This document shows positions 1 to 8,767 of a stretch of 28,655 nucleotides of DNA, one piece after another; position 1 is the stretch's first letter; each line of letters starts with the position of its first letter. Under the pieces are notes generated by a model. It worked only from the letters and a program-made list of their open reading frames with translations. It ran no database searches and was not told the origin of the DNA. The stretch comes from a virus (lineage: Duplodnaviria > Caudoviricetes): the IMG/VR virus record IMGVR_UViG_3300025816_000053, positions 1-28,655 of that record; one strand, given 5' to 3'. The position numbers were made by a program, and so were the translations under genes.

Positions 1-2
1 CT

Positions 3-1328
3 AACGGAGAAATTTCCACAGGATGTAGTTACAATCTTAAACATACTTTAAGAATGACCAACACATCGTCCTTTGACAAGGAGTTAATCAATACTAAGTG
101 GTCGAATGGTAGACGAAGAGCATCTTCGTTTGACTTAGTCCTATTTAGAATACCTAAAACGTCAGGAGCTACAGGAAACCCCCAAACATGGGATGAAGGT
201 GTGGGTCAAGACTATTATAAAGGGAGTCCAATAGGTAATTCAAATACTGTTGCTGTTAAAAATGTTGTCGAGACTGATAACTCATACTCAGACAGACCCG
301 TAAACTGGTTTCAAAGGTCTACAATAAAAGATTGGACTGAAGACGGTATATATGATAACTCAAACTCTTTAACGTCTTTAACGGGTCTTAATTACAGTGC
401 TATTACTATAGTTGATACACAACATTTTGAATTTGGTAATGAAGATATCGAATTTGATATGACTGATGAAATAAATGACATCCTTACAGGTGGTACTACA
501 GGTTCCACAGGGTGGGGAATTGCATTTGTTCCTGATGTTGAAAATATTACAGGGTTAACTGAGAACTACTCGGTCGGTTTCTTCTCAAGACACACCCAAA
601 CATTTTATGAGCCTTTCTTAGAAACATCATTTAACGATTTAATCCAAGATGACAGAAACACTTTCTACGAAAAAAGAAATAACAAATTGTACCTTTATTC
701 TTTTAGGTATGGTGTCCCCCAAAGCTTCGATTCAAACCCAACTGTGGATATATTAGATGCTAATGGAAATGAAGTAGCTGGTTTTACGGGGTTAACAAGT
801 TGTCAAATACAAAAGGGGGTTTATGAGGTAAATGTAAGTGGTTTAACATCATCCACAGTTCCTTGTGTGTTTTATGACAATTGGAAGGGGATAGAAATAA
901 ATGGTGTTGAATTAAACACCGTTGAGAATCAATTCATTGTGAACCCTATTTCAGATTTGTATCAGATAGGTATGGAAGACAATGAACCAAAATTATATGG
1001 TTTTGATTTCTATGGAATAAAACAGGACGAAAAAATATTAAATACTGACACCAGAAAGGTTAATGTAGTATTAAAAAAGGCATATACCACAAACGAGGTT
1101 TTAACTCAAGTGGACGCATATTATAGAGTATACGTTAGGGAAGGTCAAACTGAGGTTCAAGTTGAGGATTGGACTCCGATTAACAGGACACCCAACGGAT
1201 ACTATTTTATTTTTGAAACAAAAGACAAAATCCCAAATGAATATTTCATTGATATCAAAGTCATCACAGACAGGGAGGTTAATACCTATAAACGAGAATT
1301 AAAATTCCAAATAGTAAACAAAAAATGA
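3..1328 (+). CDS. 5'-truncated hypothetical protein, probably virion structural (beta-rich, Thr/Ser/Gly-rich)
   Basis: The frame is open from the window edge (NGEISTGCSYNLKHTLR-MTNTSS...), so the true start is probably upstream of the window. Composition is typical of tail/baseplate proteins; no diagnostic motif. Confidence 0.6.
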   Translation, partial: NGEISTGCSYNLKHTLRMTNTSSFDKELINTKWSNGRRRASSFDLVLFRIPKTSGATGNPQTWDEGVGQDYYKGSPIGNSNTVAVKNVVETDNSYSDRPVNWFQRSTIKDWTEDGIYDNSNSLTSLTGLNYSAITIVDTQHFEFGNEDIEFDMTDEINDILTGGTTGSTGWGIAFVPDVENITGLTENYSVGFFSRHTQTFYEPFLETSFNDLIQDDRNTFYEKRNNKLYLYSFRYGVPQSFDSNPTVDILDANGNEVAGFTGLTSCQIQKGVYEVNVSGLTSSTVPCVFYDNWKGIEINGVELNTVENQFIVNPISDLYQIGMEDNEPKLYGFDFYGIKQDEKILNTDTRKVNVVLKKAYTTNEVLTQVDAYYRVYVREGQTEVQVEDWTPINRTPNGYYFIFETKDKIPNEYFIDIKVITDREVNTYKRELKFQIVNKK

Positions 1329-1561
1329 GTAAGTTAAGACTAACAGAGGAGCAACTTGTTGAAATGATACAACAAATTATTTCCGAAAAGAAGAAAAAAA
1401 CCACTCTTTGTGCTAGAGGAAAATCCGCAGCCAAGGCTAAGTATGATGTTTATCCATCTGCTTACGCTAATGGATATGCAGTTCAAGTATGTAAAGGTAC
1501 TAAACCTGGTTTAGACGGTAAAAAAAGATGTTCAGGAAAATATTGTTCGGGTAAGAAATAA
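1325..1561 (+). CDS. small basic Cys-containing phage protein (DUF5872-like) with an acidic N-terminal leader
   Basis: ATG overlaps the upstream stop. Motif AKAKYDVYPSAYANGYAVQVCK. Leader MSKLRLTEEQLVEMIQQIISE is followed by a Lys-rich body. Confidence 0.7.
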   Translation: MSKLRLTEEQLVEMIQQIISEKKKKTTLCARGKSAAKAKYDVYPSAYANGYAVQVCKGTKPGLDGKKRCSGKYCSGKK

Positions 1562-1573
1562 ACCTTATATTTG
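1543..1573 (+). promoter_or_regulatory. Bacteroidota-type housekeeping promoter (-33 TTG, -7 TAnnTTTG)
   Basis: TTG at 1543-1545, 20-nt spacer, TATATTTG at 1566-1573, ATG at 1591. Confidence 0.6.
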
Positions 1574-1590
1574 TAACAAACTTACTGAAA

Positions 1591-1764
1591 ATGATTCAAG
1601 TTAATAACAATAAGTATCAACTCTTAAAAGAAGGTCAAATAGTTGTAGAAACTGAAGCCGCCACATTTGATAACGCAATTGATTACTTCTTCGAAGTACA
1701 TCCAAAAGCTTATGGAGATGAACGATATACTTTTAAAAGAGTTAAAAGACCCTACGAATACTAA
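1591..1764 (+). CDS. 57-aa hypothetical protein (absent from the ORF track)
   Basis: MIQVNNNKYQLLKEGQIVVETEAATFDNAIDYFFEVHPKAYGDERYTFKRVKRPYEY. It fills the intergenic gap exactly and has its own promoter and A-rich leader. Confidence 0.75.
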   Translation: MIQVNNNKYQLLKEGQIVVETEAATFDNAIDYFFEVHPKAYGDERYTFKRVKRPYEY

Positions 1765-2024
1765 TACTCTTCTATTAGTATAGTTAAATCCGTTGTACCT
1801 TTTATAACTCTATGAAAGGTTTCTTTCGGTATATCAAATTTGACCCCTTTTTTTAAGGGAATGGGTAATTTATTATCCATCTGAAAGTACCAATCGGTAT
1901 CTTCGAGAACTTCAACTAAACGATTCTCCTTATCTCTATGCCAAACGAGTTCTTTCTCAGGAATATCTTGAGAAAAAACTCGTTTGAATTTATTAGATGT
2001 TATATTTTCTTGAGTGTAAATCAT
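1761..2024 (-). CDS. small cupin-fold protein
   Basis: WHRDKENR...FDIPKETFHRVIKG matches the two cupin His motifs. Start at ATG 2024 forms an ATGA overlap with the upstream stop. Confidence 0.7.
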   Translation of the reverse strand: MIYTQENITSNKFKRVFSQDIPEKELVWHRDKENRLVEVLEDTDWYFQMDNKLPIPLKKGVKFDIPKETFHRVIKGTTDLTILIEEY

Positions 2025-2200
2025 TGTTTGAAATTCATAGACCATTTTGCACTTGTAGTAAATATACTACTATACTGTTGGTGGTTTTTTAAAGAAACAT
2101 CACAACTTCGTAATGCAGTTTGTAAAGTGTCGATTACTACCTTCAACTCTCTATTTTCGTCTTCTAATTTTTTTATCTTTAATCTTATTTCTCTATCCAT
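2021..2200 (-). CDS. small coiled-coil hypothetical protein
   Basis: TGATG overlap with the upstream gene and ATGA overlap with the downstream gene. Heptad pattern IKKLEDENRELKVVIDTLQTAL. Confidence 0.6.
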   Translation of the reverse strand: MDREIRLKIKKLEDENRELKVVIDTLQTALRSCDVSLKNHQQYSSIFTTSAKWSMNFKQ

Positions 2201-3111
2201 CACCAAAATCTCCCTGAAACGTTTTTACCGAAATCTTTATGAGCTCTACATGCCCAATACCCCGCCTTTGTCTTATCTTTTTTCTTTGCACACTGATGTC
2301 GAGCCGCAAATGACTTTCTTGCATCAGGGTCATTCCATTTTGCGGTCATAGTAGGTGAACCGTAACTAACTTTCTTAATTTTTTTTGTTTTTGGATTTCT
2401 AACATAAACATACCATTTTTTAGGTCCTCCTGACTTAGGCTTGTTTAATGAAACTTTTTTTCCTTTATACTCTGCTTCGTTAAGTGACTCATACTCGAAA
2501 GGAAAATCTAAGGCTACTGTCTTACCACTTTTTAACTTAACAAATGTTCCTACGTCTGACTCTAAAATTTCTTTATCAAAGTCGTTAAATCGATACCCGT
2601 TATTATAAAGTTCTCTAGCCTCGTTGATAACATCAAAGTATTTTTCACTACCATGTCTAAAGGCGTTGTCAGTAATAGATAAATTATTGTCAAAATTATA
2701 CTGTAATTCTTCAGAAATTTGTATTTCGTTAAGTATGGATTTATTAATACTTTCTTTAATAATATTTTTTATATACACAGATTCGTTCTTTTTTTTCTTT
2801 TTATAGTTTTTCACTTTAATACGAGTAGGTTGTTTACCTTTAGTATCTTTCGACCTTCCTTTTTCTTTTTCTCTTTTTCTCCTACATGCCGAATCTTTAG
2901 CCGATTGTGACATTTTACCAGCAACACCTGCGGCTCTACATACAGGGTAACCTCCCTTATCCGAATCATTTCTACCGCAAGAAGGGTGACCACCTCCTTT
3001 TTTCTTTTTACAGATATTGACCCAAGGACCTTTAGGTTGTTTGGAACCCTTCTTTTTTTTCTTTTTTCCAAACCATACGGCTAAATCTTCTGATAAAATA
3101 TACTTATTCAT
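2200..3111 (-). CDS. multi-domain basic phage protein with a C-terminal DUF6321-like domain; putative internal head protein
   Basis: Lys/Cys-rich N-terminal domain (WVNIC...CGR...YPVCR). C-terminal AEYKGKKVSLNKP...KSFAARHQC...AGYWAC. Domains are separated by xNE/ISE motifs. Confidence 0.7.
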   Translation of the reverse strand: MNKYILSEDLAVWFGKKKKKKGSKQPKGPWVNICKKKKGGGHPSCGRNDSDKGGYPVCRAAGVAGKMSQSAKDSACRRKREKEKGRSKDTKGKQPTRIKVKNYKKKKKNESVYIKNIIKESINKSILNEIQISEELQYNFDNNLSITDNAFRHGSEKYFDVINEARELYNNGYRFNDFDKEILESDVGTFVKLKSGKTVALDFPFEYESLNEAEYKGKKVSLNKPKSGGPKKWYVYVRNPKTKKIKKVSYGSPTMTAKWNDPDARKSFAARHQCAKKKDKTKAGYWACRAHKDFGKNVSGRFW

Positions 3112-3132
3112 TTGACTTTATGTTACTTTTTT

Positions 3133-3140
3133 TATAAATA
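3133..3140 (-). promoter_or_regulatory. putative late promoter TATTTATA
   Basis: 21 nt upstream of ATG 3111; one of nine such sites. On the + strand it reads TATAAATA, 20 nt before ORF 3161, so orientation is ambiguous at this site. Confidence 0.5.
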
Positions 3141-3160
3141 TTAGGTAAAATACATTTATC

Positions 3161-3409
3161 ATGGAAGAACAGAACGAAAACGTAAATACTCTATTTAATA
3201 CTATTAATTATAAAGAACCTCACGAATTAAATAAGTTCATAGATGGGATGAATGTGGACCAAGCTTTGTTTTGTTTAGTTCACGCCACTCGACATGCACA
3301 TAATAGAGGTCTGTACAACATTGAAGAGTCAGAAGTAGTTTCTAAAGCTATTAGAATACTGACAACGCCCAATCCCTTACCACAGGAAGAATCTAATGAC
3401 GAAGGATGA
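3161..3409 (+). CDS. hypothetical protein
   Basis: 82-aa ORF with an A/T-rich leader, overlapping the next ORF. Confidence 0.7.
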   Translation: MEEQNENVNTLFNTINYKEPHELNKFIDGMNVDQALFCLVHATRHAHNRGLYNIEESEVVSKAIRILTTPNPLPQEESNDEG

Positions 3410-3599
3410 ATTATCTAGTAGAGTTATTCTTCTACAGTCTGAAATAACAGATGCTATTTTACGGGGTCACAAGGCTCACGATGAAGATGAATTCAAATCA
3501 CATAGAATTGAGTTAATGATACTTCGTTGTATGTTATATGGTGAAGATTCTAAAATATGTAAGACTGAAAAGGCTAATTGTAGAAACTGTAAGAAATAA
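3396..3599 (+). CDS. hypothetical protein with a Cys-rich C-terminus
   Basis: 67-aa ORF ending immediately at the terminator; C-terminal CxxC. Confidence 0.6.
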   Translation: MTKDELSSRVILLQSEITDAILRGHKAHDEDEFKSHRIELMILRCMLYGEDSKICKTEKANCRNCKK

Positions 3600-3625
3600 A
3601 AAAGGGAGACCGAAGTCTCCCTTTT
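3600..3625. terminator. bidirectional intrinsic terminator
   Basis: AAAAGGGAGAC-CGAA-GTCTCCCTTTT between convergent genes, downstream of the capsid gene. Confidence 0.9.
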
Positions 3626-3648
3626 CTTTTTATGTTTAAGATAAAATA

Positions 3649-5442
3649 TTATCTTAACTCTCTTAAGTCAAATGTTCTAACACCATCAACTGTAATCTTA
3701 CCGTAGAAACGGTTGTTCACCATCTTCTTAGCGTATCTTGTCATGATACCCTTGATTGGTGTAAAGTTGAATGGGTTGTACATTGTTGGAGTCAACTGTA
3801 GAGGTACGTATGGAGCGTATACATATCCTGTATCAAGTAATGATGTACCTTTGTGTCCCAACAATACTGTGTTTGGTGGGAAGTAAGGGTCACGGTAAAC
3901 TTGATATCTACCTGATAATGTACCAACTCTTTCGATACCCATGTTGTAGTTGTCCTGGTCAGGAGCCGCGTTTGAAACGTGGAAGTACTCAAGGTCATCG
4001 AAGATTGCTGAAATCTCTGAAGATACAACAATCCAGTTAGCACCACCTCTTAGAGTTGATTTATGGATTTGTGCAGAAACTTGATTGATTGCAGTAATCA
4101 ATGTCTGATTCCAATCCTTTTGGTTGTAGTTGACAGAAGCGTTAGACACTCTCTTCCAACCGTTGTAGTCCCATCTTAATGACCAAGCCGCACCTTTTCT
4201 TAAGTCTCTCAAAATCTCACGGTCAATCTCTGCTGCAACCTGTTCTGACAACAATGCTGTCAATTCAGCTTCCGCATCGATGTTGTGGAATGCAGAGACG
4301 TCTTGTGCGAGTTCTGGTGACCACTGAGCTCTTAACTTTCTTTCTGTAACAGAAACAGTAACAGCTTCTAAGTCAAATGAGACTTCACCGATAGCGTCTT
4401 CAAATTCTAACGTTGCATATACTCTGTATGAACCATAGAATGTATCACTATCAGCGATATCACTTCCTGTGTATCCGTCTAATGTTGGTGAGTTAATCGC
4501 AACTGGAGTTGAGAAGTCAACTTCCAAGTAGATTTTACCTTCAGCGTCACATACATTGTCGTACTTTCCGCCTGGACCTGGATAAGAACCACTATAGAAA
4601 GTAGTTTTTTGTTCTCCACCATAGTTAACGATACCTTTACCGTACTTCTGAGTTACAACTCTGAAGTTCCAGAAGGTACTACTGTTACCTAATCCTGCTA
4701 CGTCTGAAACTTCTAATGAAGCCAAGAAGTCTTCAGTGTCCATTTCTTGTCCGTCAGGACCGATTAATTTACTAGCACCCGCTGCTGAGAATCCTGTCAT
4801 CATAAAGATTAAAGACCTTACATTTGCAGTAGCCGCGGTACCTGTACCACCAGTTGCGTAACTTAAAGCAGTTCCTAATGTAACCGCACTTAACGCTCCA
4901 CCATTCCATATAACAGGAACTAATTCTGGTGTTTGCTCTTCGAAAGCACCCTTCGAGTAATCGAATAAACCAGCTGGGTCTGAATTTGGAGTACTACCTT
5001 CGTAAAATTGGTCATACAAGTTTGTGTTGTTAGTATAACCTGAAGTAGTAGTCGATGGTCCGTTTGGTGCTCCAAATGGAGGGATATGCGTTCCATCAGC
5101 GTTTCTGTTCTGAATCTTTGGTACAAAGTAGAACAACTTACCGATTGGTAGGTTCATAGCTTGAACTGAGACAATGTCGTTAGCCAATAACTTAGAGAAA
5201 ACTCTTCTTACGATTGGAAAAACAACAGTCTCGAATGAACCTGAACTGTCAGATGAAGCTGCTTCGTTTATCAAATATGATGCTTGGTTCTCATATAACT
5301 GAGCCATATTTTCTTTAGTGTGGCCTTTAAGACCGTCGAGGAACCCTAATTTGTCCCACTTGTTAATTGTGTCCTCTTTGATAACCTTAAGGTGCTTAAG
5401 ACCGATGTTACCAACTAGACCTGATTCTAATAATGCTCCCAT
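3649..5442 (-). CDS. gp23: major capsid protein (T4 gp23-like)
   Basis: Motifs IVSVQAMNLPIGKLFY, RKLRAQWSPELAQD, DAEAELTALLSEQVAAEIDREIL, GYVYAPYVPL and PIKGIMTRYA. Confidence 0.97.
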   Translation of the reverse strand: MGALLESGLVGNIGLKHLKVIKEDTINKWDKLGFLDGLKGHTKENMAQLYENQASYLINEAASSDSSGSFETVVFPIVRRVFSKLLANDIVSVQAMNLPIGKLFYFVPKIQNRNADGTHIPPFGAPNGPSTTTSGYTNNTNLYDQFYEGSTPNSDPAGLFDYSKGAFEEQTPELVPVIWNGGALSAVTLGTALSYATGGTGTAATANVRSLIFMMTGFSAAGASKLIGPDGQEMDTEDFLASLEVSDVAGLGNSSTFWNFRVVTQKYGKGIVNYGGEQKTTFYSGSYPGPGGKYDNVCDAEGKIYLEVDFSTPVAINSPTLDGYTGSDIADSDTFYGSYRVYATLEFEDAIGEVSFDLEAVTVSVTERKLRAQWSPELAQDVSAFHNIDAEAELTALLSEQVAAEIDREILRDLRKGAAWSLRWDYNGWKRVSNASVNYNQKDWNQTLITAINQVSAQIHKSTLRGGANWIVVSSEISAIFDDLEYFHVSNAAPDQDNYNMGIERVGTLSGRYQVYRDPYFPPNTVLLGHKGTSLLDTGYVYAPYVPLQLTPTMYNPFNFTPIKGIMTRYAKKMVNNRFYGKITVDGVRTFDLRELR

Positions 5443-5466
5443 TTTAATATTTGTTTTAAGGAATTT

Positions 5467-6933
5467 TTATTTTAATTTACTCATTAAATCTCTCATTCTT
5501 AAGAACTGAGGATTTTCATAAGTTTTACTCTCGATAAGATTGTTTGCAGAGCCTTTAGATGGAGTCTTAGAAACTTTTGATTGTACTGATTCAGTAACAA
5601 CATCTGTTTCCTTTCCACCTAAATCTTCTTTGACTGTCTTATAAAGAGATTTTGATTCTTTAAGAGTCTCGACACCATCGAAACGTCTTAAAATATTTAT
5701 TTTTTCTTGCTTCGTAGTAGAATGTTCAGTGAACAAACGAGTAGCATAAGCTAAATTAGAATTGAAAACCGCAACTTCGTTAAGTTTGTTTTTGAATACG
5801 TTAAGTGCCTTACGGTACTCTTCATTTTTTTCTCTTAACTGTTGTACTTCAGTTTTTAATTCTTTATTTTCTCTAACTGCCGGTCTTAATCTACCCTTAG
5901 CATAAGTTCTCACCTCTTCAGGTGCTGACTTAGCGTTTGGATATTTTCTAAGTGACGCGTTAGTTCTAGCCGTTTCGGAGGTTTCACCTTCATTAGATTC
6001 ATAATCTCTGTGTGACTTAGACTCGTCGCCTTTGTTACCACCGTACTTACCTTCATTAGATTCATAATCTCTGTGTGACTTAGACTCGTCGCCTTTGTTA
6101 CCACCGTACTTACCTTCAGAAGTTTCTTCTTCTTCCATGTAATCTCTGTGGGACCTAGACTCATCGCCTTTGTTTCCACCATACTTACCTTCGTTAGCTT
6201 CGTAATCTCTGTGTGACTTAGACTCATCGCCTTTGTTTCCACCGTAATCACCTTCACTCATTTCTTCTTCGTGAGCATCTTCCTCACCAATCTCAATTTC
6301 ATAAACAACGTCTTCTTCTGTTTCATCTTCGCCTAAATGGTCACCCATTGATTCAGCGACTTCTTCTTCTTCAGATTCACCTAACTGAATAACATATTCA
6401 GAGTCGGTTTCACTATCCGCTAAGTGTACGTCATCACCATCTTGTTTTACGATAATTCCGTCTTCTTCTCCCATAGCCTTAAATACTTTTAAGACTTCGT
6501 CGTCAGAAGCTGCGGTTAAATCGAGAGGTAATAGAACTTCTTCTTCATCATCGACTTCTAAGTCGTCACCAGGTAAATCAGTCATTAACATTTCCTCATC
6601 ACCCAAGTCTAACTCTTCGTCGTTATCAGATTCCATATCGCCACCCATATCAAGACCTAAGTCTTCAAGGGCATCTTCTATGTCGTCTTCTGCATCATCA
6701 ACTTCAACATCTTCAACGTCAATCTCTTCCTGTTCGGACATTTCAACGTTTTCTTCAGTCTCCATTTCAGACACTTTTTCAACCTCTTCTTCACCGAGAG
6801 ATTCTTTTACTAATTCACTGATTTCTTCCTTCATAGTAGAAGCAAGTATTCCTTTTGCATTATTAGTTATGGCTTCTTGTAGATTTTCCATCTGCAATAA
6901 AGCTTCTTCAACTAGGTTTTTTTTGTCTGCCAT
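5467..6933 (-). CDS. prohead core/scaffolding protein (gp22-like)
   Basis: Very acidic centre and coiled-coil C-terminus; lies between the protease and capsid genes. ATG 6933 (MADKKNLVEE) is preferred over the non-ATG start at 6948. Confidence 0.85.
   Translation of the reverse strand: MADKKNLVEEALLQMENLQEAITNNAKGILASTMKEEISELVKESLGEEEVEKVSEMETEENVEMSEQEEIDVEDVEVDDAEDDIEDALEDLGLDMGGDMESDNDEELDLGDEEMLMTDLPGDDLEVDDEEEVLLPLDLTAASDDEVLKVFKAMGEEDGIIVKQDGDDVHLADSETDSEYVIQLGESEEEEVAESMGDHLGEDETEEDVVYEIEIGEEDAHEEEMSEGDYGGNKGDESKSHRDYEANEGKYGGNKGDESRSHRDYMEEEETSEGKYGGNKGDESKSHRDYESNEGKYGGNKGDESKSHRDYESNEGETSETARTNASLRKYPNAKSAPEEVRTYAKGRLRPAVRENKELKTEVQQLREKNEEYRKALNVFKNKLNEVAVFNSNLAYATRLFTEHSTTKQEKINILRRFDGVETLKESKSLYKTVKEDLGGKETDVVTESVQSKVSKTPSKGSANNLIESKTYENPQFLRMRDLMSKLK
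5986..6255 (-). repeat. four in-frame repeats encoding EG[KD]YGGNKGDES[KR]SHRDY
   Basis: Two identical 63-bp copies (5986-6048 and 6049-6111) plus two diverged copies. Confidence 0.95.
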
Positions 6934-6969
6934 ATTATTTTTTTGCACAAAAGTTTATTTTACTTATCA

Positions 6970-6977
6970 TATAAATA
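6970..6977 (-). promoter_or_regulatory. putative late promoter TATTTATA (scaffold-capsid operon)
   Basis: Lies between the upstream terminator and the scaffold ATG. Confidence 0.65.
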
Positions 6978-7017
6978 TGTTAAATATGAAAAAAGTGTTT
7001 TTTTAATAACTTTAAGC

Positions 7018-7045
7018 AAAAAAAAATCGGGTATTACCCCGATTT
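7018..7045 (-). terminator. intrinsic terminator
   Basis: Minus strand reads AAATCGGG-GTAATA-CCCGA followed by a 9-T run, downstream of ORF 7068-7277. Confidence 0.8.
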
Positions 7046-7067
7046 AAAAAAGATTTTTTAAAATAAA

Positions 7068-7277
7068 TTACTCGTAAACCTCATCAATTTTACTTTCAAC
7101 ACAAGCAGTGATTCTCCAATCATAAACGAAATCTTTAAAGTTTGTTGTAACTTTAGACTCAACATCTGTTACGTTATAACCCTTTACGAGTTTCTCCTCT
7201 CTGATTTTTTTAATTTTACCTGAGTTTTCATCGGGTAGGTCATACTGAACTTTTGCTACGAAATATTTTTCCTCCAT
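7068..7277 (-). CDS. DUF4494-like protein (Bacteroidota family)
   Basis: The pattern YFVAKVQY...ENSGKIKKIREEKLVKGYNVTDVESKV...WRITACVESKIDEV resembles one DUF4494 unit, recalled from memory. Confidence 0.65.
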   Translation of the reverse strand: MEEKYFVAKVQYDLPDENSGKIKKIREEKLVKGYNVTDVESKVTTNFKDFVYDWRITACVESKIDEVYE

Positions 7278-7296
7278 GGTTTTTTATTTAAACGGT

Positions 7297-8019
7297 TTAA
7301 TAACCTAAATAATCGGAAAGTCTTTTCATTAAGTCAACACTTTTACCTAAACCACCGTCAATCTTTGGTTCTTGTGCCCTTAATTGAGTCTCTTCTTCTA
7401 AACTTTCTTCATACCTACCTTTATCATCTTTATTTAAGAAAAGGTACGCACCTGGTGTAGACGGAGATGAAACTAAATCAAAACAGATTAATTCGAAATC
7501 TTCCTGTACTTCATTTCTTTCACCTTTCTTAACCAACGAACCAACACCACGAGAAGAAACCCCCATAGTAACCCCTTGTCTCATTAAGTTAGCTGCTTGG
7601 TCACCAGGACAGGATACAATACCCTTTTCATGGAAACCTGGTGAGGTTAATAACTTAATCTTACCCATAAGAGTATTACCTTCCCACCAAACATCAGTTA
7701 TAAGGTGAGAAACACGGTCTAAATCAATTAAAGACGATTCGGGGTGGTTAAGTTCTGAAATAGATAATCCTTTTTCGATAGCGGTTTTGTAAACATCGGC
7801 TTCCCTACGTAAAATCTTTTCGGGATAGACTCTACCGTTTCTGTTTGGGGTATCAAACTTTTGTAATGTTGCGTAAAACTCAAAAGGTTTTGAATGGTCT
7901 AATTGTCCGTAAGATTCCTTAATAACTTCAGCGTTACGACTATCGTTAGGATTTACAATCCCCGCGTCCCATTCTACTAAAATTCCCTTACCTAAATCGT
8001 TTGGTCCTAAAATCTTCAT
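7297..8019 (-). CDS. gp21: prohead maturation protease (T4 gp21-like)
   Basis: Motifs NRNGRVYP, ELNHP, RVSH, GVSSRGVGS and FDLVSSPSTPGAY. Confidence 0.95.
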   Translation of the reverse strand: MKILGPNDLGKGILVEWDAGIVNPNDSRNAEVIKESYGQLDHSKPFEFYATLQKFDTPNRNGRVYPEKILRREADVYKTAIEKGLSISELNHPESSLIDLDRVSHLITDVWWEGNTLMGKIKLLTSPGFHEKGIVSCPGDQAANLMRQGVTMGVSSRGVGSLVKKGERNEVQEDFELICFDLVSSPSTPGAYLFLNKDDKGRYEESLEEETQLRAQEPKIDGGLGKSVDLMKRLSDYLGY

Positions 8020-8029
8020 GTTTTTTCTT

Positions 8030-8037
8030 TATAAATA
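8030..8037 (-). promoter_or_regulatory. putative late promoter TATTTATA
   Basis: 10 nt upstream of the protease ATG. Confidence 0.65.
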
Positions 8038-8039
8038 TG

Positions 8040-8483
8040 TCAGACCACTTCTTTTGTCGTTTTACTCTTATGTATTTCGAAATATCTCATACCTCGTAAA
8101 CAGTCTGTATATACTGATTGTATTACTTTTTTAATATTGTTTTTAAGTAAGGGGGACTTAAATTCAAGGTGATTCTTTAGGTATAAAGTGATTTCTAAAC
8201 TCATAAAACTTCTTTTACCTCTCTGTATACCACTACTCCTCAAATCTAAATCTACGATATTATGTTTTTCAAATATTTCAGGGTTTAATATCTCTAATAA
8301 AACGTGTTTAATATTACGCTCCATCATCCCTGTCGCTCTATCCCAATTTTCAAACTCCCTTATGGGTTCTACCCATGACTGTAAAACTATGTATACTGTC
8401 TTTAAATTCTTCGCATCTACGGTGCCATAATGACACTTAGCATCACTGAATAATTTTAGTTGTGATGTTTTTCCTTTTTTCAT
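8040..8483 (-). CDS. hypothetical protein
   Basis: 147-aa ORF with its own host-type promoter. Confidence 0.8.
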   Translation of the reverse strand: MKKGKTSQLKLFSDAKCHYGTVDAKNLKTVYIVLQSWVEPIREFENWDRATGMMERNIKHVLLEILNPEIFEKHNIVDLDLRSSGIQRGKRSFMSLEITLYLKNHLEFKSPLLKNNIKKVIQSVYTDCLRGMRYFEIHKSKTTKEVV

Positions 8484-8518
8484 ATAAATCCATACTTATA
8501 ATGTTTATTAGTTTTTAT

Positions 8519-8550
8519 TAAATATACTATACTTGTTGTTATATGTCAAA
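8519..8550 (-). promoter_or_regulatory. Bacteroidota-type promoter (variant)
   Basis: Minus strand reads TTTG-N20-TATATTTA, upstream of ORF 8040-8483. Confidence 0.45.
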
Positions 8551-8556
8551 GACGTA

Positions 8557-8564
8557 TATTTATA
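8557..8564 (+). promoter_or_regulatory. putative late promoter TATTTATA for rpsU
   Basis: 17 nt upstream of ATG 8582; the motif flips strand together with the gene. Confidence 0.65.
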
Positions 8565-8581
8565 GACAAACAATACTGTAA

Positions 8582-8767
8582 ATGCTAATAATTAAGGTAA
8601 AAAATAAAAACATTGAATCTGCTTTGAAGAACTATAAATCCAAGGTTTATAAAACTAAGCAACTTAAGAACCTTAATGAAAATAAAGAGTACACCAAAGA
8701 TTCCGTAAAAAAGAGAGAGGAAAAGAAGAAAGCAATTTACGTGAACAAGAAAAGAAACGACCTTTAA
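8582..8767 (+). CDS. rpsU: phage-encoded 30S ribosomal protein bS21
   Basis: 61 aa, basic. MLIIKV...NIESALKNYKSK...KT...EYTKDSVKKRE...KAIY matches the Bacteroidota-type bS21 pattern. Confidence 0.9.
   Translation: MLIIKVKNKNIESALKNYKSKVYKTKQLKNLNENKEYTKDSVKKREEKKKAIYVNKKRNDL

Noticed and set aside
5986-6255. 63-bp repeats as a CRISPR array
   Set aside because: The units are tandem, lack unique spacers and are in frame within the scaffold CDS.
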